Positions 61,096-64,000 of a stretch of DNA of 64,000 bases are shown here, one piece after another. The stretch's first letter is position 1. Every line of letters starts with the position of its first letter. Made by a program: the position numbers and the translations under genes. Source of the DNA: an uncultured delta proteobacterium (GTDB taxonomy: Bacteria; Desulfobacterota; Binatia; Binatales; Binataceae); assembly GCA_963794325.1 (NCBI GenBank), contig CAWCDG010000004.1, forward strand, positions 64,001 through 128,000. The letters are read 5' to 3'. The notes under the pieces were generated by a model. That model saw nothing but the letters and a program-made list of their open reading frames with translations, made no database searches and was not told the DNA's origin.

Positions 61096-61873
61096 TCATA
61101 ACGTCACTTTTGGCGGAGGCGATGACGCGAACTCGGATTTGAGGGCGTCGTAACTCTTTAGATCGTCCATCGTGCGGAAGTATCCGCTGTGAACGTAGCC
61201 GAAGACCGGTTGCGCACGGGATACCATCGGAGCGAACAGGCCCTCCATCAGGCTCCACGGGGTGGCGCGCGGAACGAGATCGAGGACCGCGGGCTCAGCG
61301 ACTATCACGCCGCAATACATGAAGGGCGAGAGCGTCGCGGCGATGGCGTCGTCGAGGTCAGAGGGAAAGTCGTCGTACTGAAGCGGGTCGCGGCGCGTCA
61401 GCAATCGCATCCGGCGAAGTCTTTTGTCGGCATCGATCTCGAGACGGCTGTAGTAGTCGAGATTCGCGGGATGGAACAGTGCGATGGTGGCGAGCGCCAG
61501 CGTGGCCGCGATGGAACGCGAGCATCGCGCGCAGATCCAGATCGAGGATGGTGTCGCTGTTGGCGATTACGAACGTGTCGTCGCCCAAAAAATCGCGCAG
61601 GCCGTTGAGCGGGCCGCCGGTGCCCAGCAGGACCGGCTCGGGCGCGTACCTGATGCGAAGACCGAGTTGCGAGCCGTCGCCGAGTCCGCGCTGAATCACC
61701 GGCGCGAGGTGATGAAGGTTGATCGCGACATCGGTAACGCCGGCGCGCCGGAGCATCGCGAGCGGATAATGGATCAGCGGATGCCCACCGAGCTCGAGCA
61801 TCGGCTTTGGCGTCACATCAGTCAGCGGGCGAAGCCGCTCACCCATCCCGGCTGCGAGTACCAACGCTCTCAT
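61096..61873 (-). CDS. murU: Nucleotidyltransferase, MurU-like (frameshifted near 61498)
   Basis: LAAGMGERLRPLT..TPKP, EPVLLGTGG, ANSD; removing one base joins the 61358-61873 and 61096-61410 ORFs; adjacent to an amgK-like gene. Confidence 0.75.
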
Positions 61874-62952
61874 GGCATCAACGCTTCGCAGAGTTTGGGA
61901 AAGTCGGGGCGCATTTCAGCGAGCATCCGGCGCGCCTGTCCGAGCACATGCGGAATGTAGCGGCGGTATCCGGTCTTGCCGTTGCGCTCGAACATTTCGA
62001 AGCGTCCGATCATTTTGAGCGCGTGCTGTAAAACGCACAGGCGATAGCTGGTTATGAATTCCGCAGCGTCGAGCGCCGGAGCGCCACGGCGCGCAAGTCC
62101 GGCGCAGTAGAAGTCGAGGATGCGGCGCTCGATCGCCGGCGTGATCACTTCATCGGTGTCGCGCGTGGTCAGCAGCACGGCGAGATCCTGCGCGGCGGGC
62201 GCCATGAGCGCATCCTGAAAATCTATGATACGAATTCGCGGCCCGTTTTGATCCGATAGATTCTGGATGTACAAGTTCTCGCGATGGTAGTCGCGATGCG
62301 AGAAGACGCGCGGAAATCGATCGAGTCGCGCGGCCAGACTCGCCAGTTCGGGTGCGATCAGCGAAAGCGAAAAGTCGGCGCCCGGTGAGACGGCGGCGAG
62401 GCCGACCTCGGCGAATTCCTTGAGCTCCCATTCGAACAGGCGGCCGGTGTAGGCAATTTCGTGCGCGACACACCGAGCGTCGATTTGCGCGGTTCCGTCC
62501 ACATGGAAGCGGAGCAGTTCGGCCGCGGCCAGCCGAAAGAGATCGGCAGCGTCGGCGCCCGGGCGGCGGACCGCATCGAGCAGTGAAAGTTGACCGACGT
62601 CTTCTACCAGCATCGCGCGGCGCGCGGGATCGGCGTCGTACAATGCGGGGACTGGCGAGCCGATCGACTCGAGGAAGCGATGCACATTGAGCCACGGAGG
62701 TTCGCTGATTGGCGACGGTAGAAGATTGAGGACGCGAACGTAGCGCGGCAGGTCGTCGGGGCCCAGATCGACGAGGATGGCGGTGGCGGGCGCGTCGGTT
62801 TCGCTTTCGTGGCGCGGCGCGATAGCGACGCGCCAGAAACGGCGGGTCGAGAGATCGCCGCGCAGCGCGGCGATCCGGTCGAGGCGCGCGCGCGGCCATC
62901 GCCGCGCGATGGCCTCTGCCGCCCATGCCTGGAACGCGCCGCTGTCATCCAT
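61870..62952 (-). CDS. amgK: APH-family phosphotransferase, AmgK-like anomeric MurNAc/GlcNAc kinase
   Basis: GDLSTRRFWR, HRDYHRENL, IIDFQDA, LK..GRF; ATGA overlap with the murU-like gene. Confidence 0.8.
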   Translation of the reverse strand: MDDSGAFQAWAAEAIARRWPRARLDRIAALRGDLSTRRFWRVAIAPRHESETDAPATAILVDLGPDDLPRYVRVLNLLPSPISEPPWLNVHRFLESIGSPVPALYDADPARRAMLVEDVGQLSLLDAVRRPGADAADLFRLAAAELLRFHVDGTAQIDARCVAHEIAYTGRLFEWELKEFAEVGLAAVSPGADFSLSLIAPELASLAARLDRFPRVFSHRDYHRENLYIQNLSDQNGPRIRIIDFQDALMAPAAQDLAVLLTTRDTDEVITPAIERRILDFYCAGLARRGAPALDAAEFITSYRLCVLQHALKMIGRFEMFERNGKTGYRRYIPHVLGQARRMLAEMRPDFPKLCEALMP

Positions 62953-63004
62953 CGGAGATGGATTCTAGCGGCGCGAGCCATGGTTGCGCGAGTACGACTC
63001 GCGC

Positions 63005-63039
63005 AACAGAAAACGGCGCGGCCATCGCTGGCCGCGCCG
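63005..63039 (-). terminator. Terminator of the DUF1329 gene
   Basis: CGGCGCGGCCA/TGGCCGCGCCG 11-bp stem followed by TTTTCTGTT on the minus strand. Confidence 0.7.
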
Positions 63040-63069
63040 GTTCATTTCGTAGCTCGATCGCGCTGAAGA

Positions 63070-63999
63070 TCAGTCGCCGCTTATTGCGTGTCCGCCCTCG
63101 GCCGCTCGCGCCATCTGCTCCGGCGTAAACCAGTCGCGATCAACCGATCCCATGTTGATGAACCATGAATCGCGTGACGGTGCGACCATCGACGGATGAT
63201 AACAGACGGTGGAGAAGCCGCTCTGCACGTTGGTGCTCGAAGAACCGACCTGGAACTCGCGCTTGAATGGATAGATCGCGATCTTGGCGTCGGGCTCCGA
63301 CCGATCTGCGTAATGCATCCACGAGGTATAGTTGACGAACAGCTCACCGCTCCGATCGTACATGTCGTTCGCCATCACAAAGTCCGCTTCGGAATCGATG
63401 TACATAATTTCGTGATCGTAGATTGAGTTGAAGCGGCTCGGACGCGGGCGCCCCTCGATGATGAATTCATGGCGCATCTGCCAGTTGTCGGGGCAATGGC
63501 TGGCGCCGCCGTCAGTCGGACACCGAACGTCAGGCGACTTTGCGACGTTGATCGCGGCGAGCATATTTTTCTCGCCAAGCAATTTCCAATTGTAGTTCTC
63601 GTTCTTGCCGCTGAAGCCTTCGTAGTGATTCGGATCGTAAGCCTGCGCCCCGGTTGCCGTGTCGAGAATGGCGTAATTGAGGCGGCGGACGCGGCGAGCG
63701 CCGGGCGTCCAGGTCCAGCTGGCGTCCTCGATATTCGGATCGGCGTAGCGGAACTTGATCAATCCGGTTCCGCGCGCATCCTGCGGCGCGAGCACTGGAT
63801 AGAGCAGTCCAAGGAAGTAGCGGCCGGTTTTCTTGAAGTCGGGATCGATCGGCATCGGATCCACTTCGGTGCGACCGACCTCGTTGTAGCCGGCATAGTG
63901 GCCGACTTCGATATCGGTGATTTCACGAAACGGCGCGTTCTTGCCCCAGTACACGCTGTCGCAGTCGAACCAGCGCAGATCGTACTCATCGCTGGAGAT
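63070..63999 (-). CDS. DUF1329 family protein (5' part beyond the window)
   Basis: Frame stays open to the window edge; LAPQDARG, DASWTWTPGARRVRRL, YNWKLLGE, YDRSGEL. Confidence 0.8.
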   Translation of the reverse strand: MSSDEYDLRWFDCDSVYWGKNAPFREITDIEVGHYAGYNEVGRTEVDPMPIDPDFKKTGRYFLGLLYPVLAPQDARGTGLIKFRYADPNIEDASWTWTPGARRVRRLNYAILDTATGAQAYDPNHYEGFSGKNENYNWKLLGEKNMLAAINVAKSPDVRCPTDGGASHCPDNWQMRHEFIIEGRPRPSRFNSIYDHEIMYIDSEADFVMANDMYDRSGELFVNYTSWMHYADRSEPDAKIAIYPFKREFQVGSSSTNVQSGFSTVCYHPSMVAPSRDSWFINMGSVDRDWFTPEQMARAAEGGHAISGD

Positions 64000-64000
64000 C

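Noticed and set aside
248-63989. Numerous long alternative-frame and antisense ORFs in the track (e.g. 11102-12166, 15079-16071, 29038-30117, 52031-53119, and the 5' extension of 40038-41630)
   Set aside because: Shadow ORFs of well-supported genes, expected in high-GC DNA, with no recognisable motifs

Overview
GC-rich bacterial chromosomal window with no prophage, CRISPR array or intact transposase. Gene content (many secreted PT-linker proteins, DUF1329, zapA-6S-ygfA-rny synteny) suggests a Deltaproteobacteria-like lineage such as Ca. Binatota; this is inference only. The left part is housekeeping: RNase E/G, HNH nuclease, a small toxin-antitoxin pair, smc, ftsY, zapB/zapA, probable 6S RNA, 5-FCL, RNase Y, tRNA-Gln and tRNA-Glu. 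It is followed by an RND pump, two RRM proteins, MlaC, LMF, SPFH, def, lptFG and a cluster of large secreted proteins. The right part holds moaA, redox and hydrolase genes, a hybrid kinase, a RIO kinase with a candidate leader-peptide attenuator, lpxL, an AKR/TetR pair, amgK-murU and a DUF1329 gene. The most notable finding is an unannotated minus-strand operon (46.3-50.7 kb). Its first gene looks like a fused PmoC+PmoA-like membrane protein with both copper-site motifs at pMMO spacing. Its second gene has PmoB-like topology with a mature N-terminal His. Together they suggest a highly divergent copper membrane monooxygenase-like system, flanked by a flavin monooxygenase, EthD, an epoxide hydrolase and an outer-membrane hydrophobic-substrate channel. 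At least six genes are broken by single-base insertions, probably sequencing or assembly errors, and these hide both genes of this system. Several families of intergenic palindromic repeats are present.
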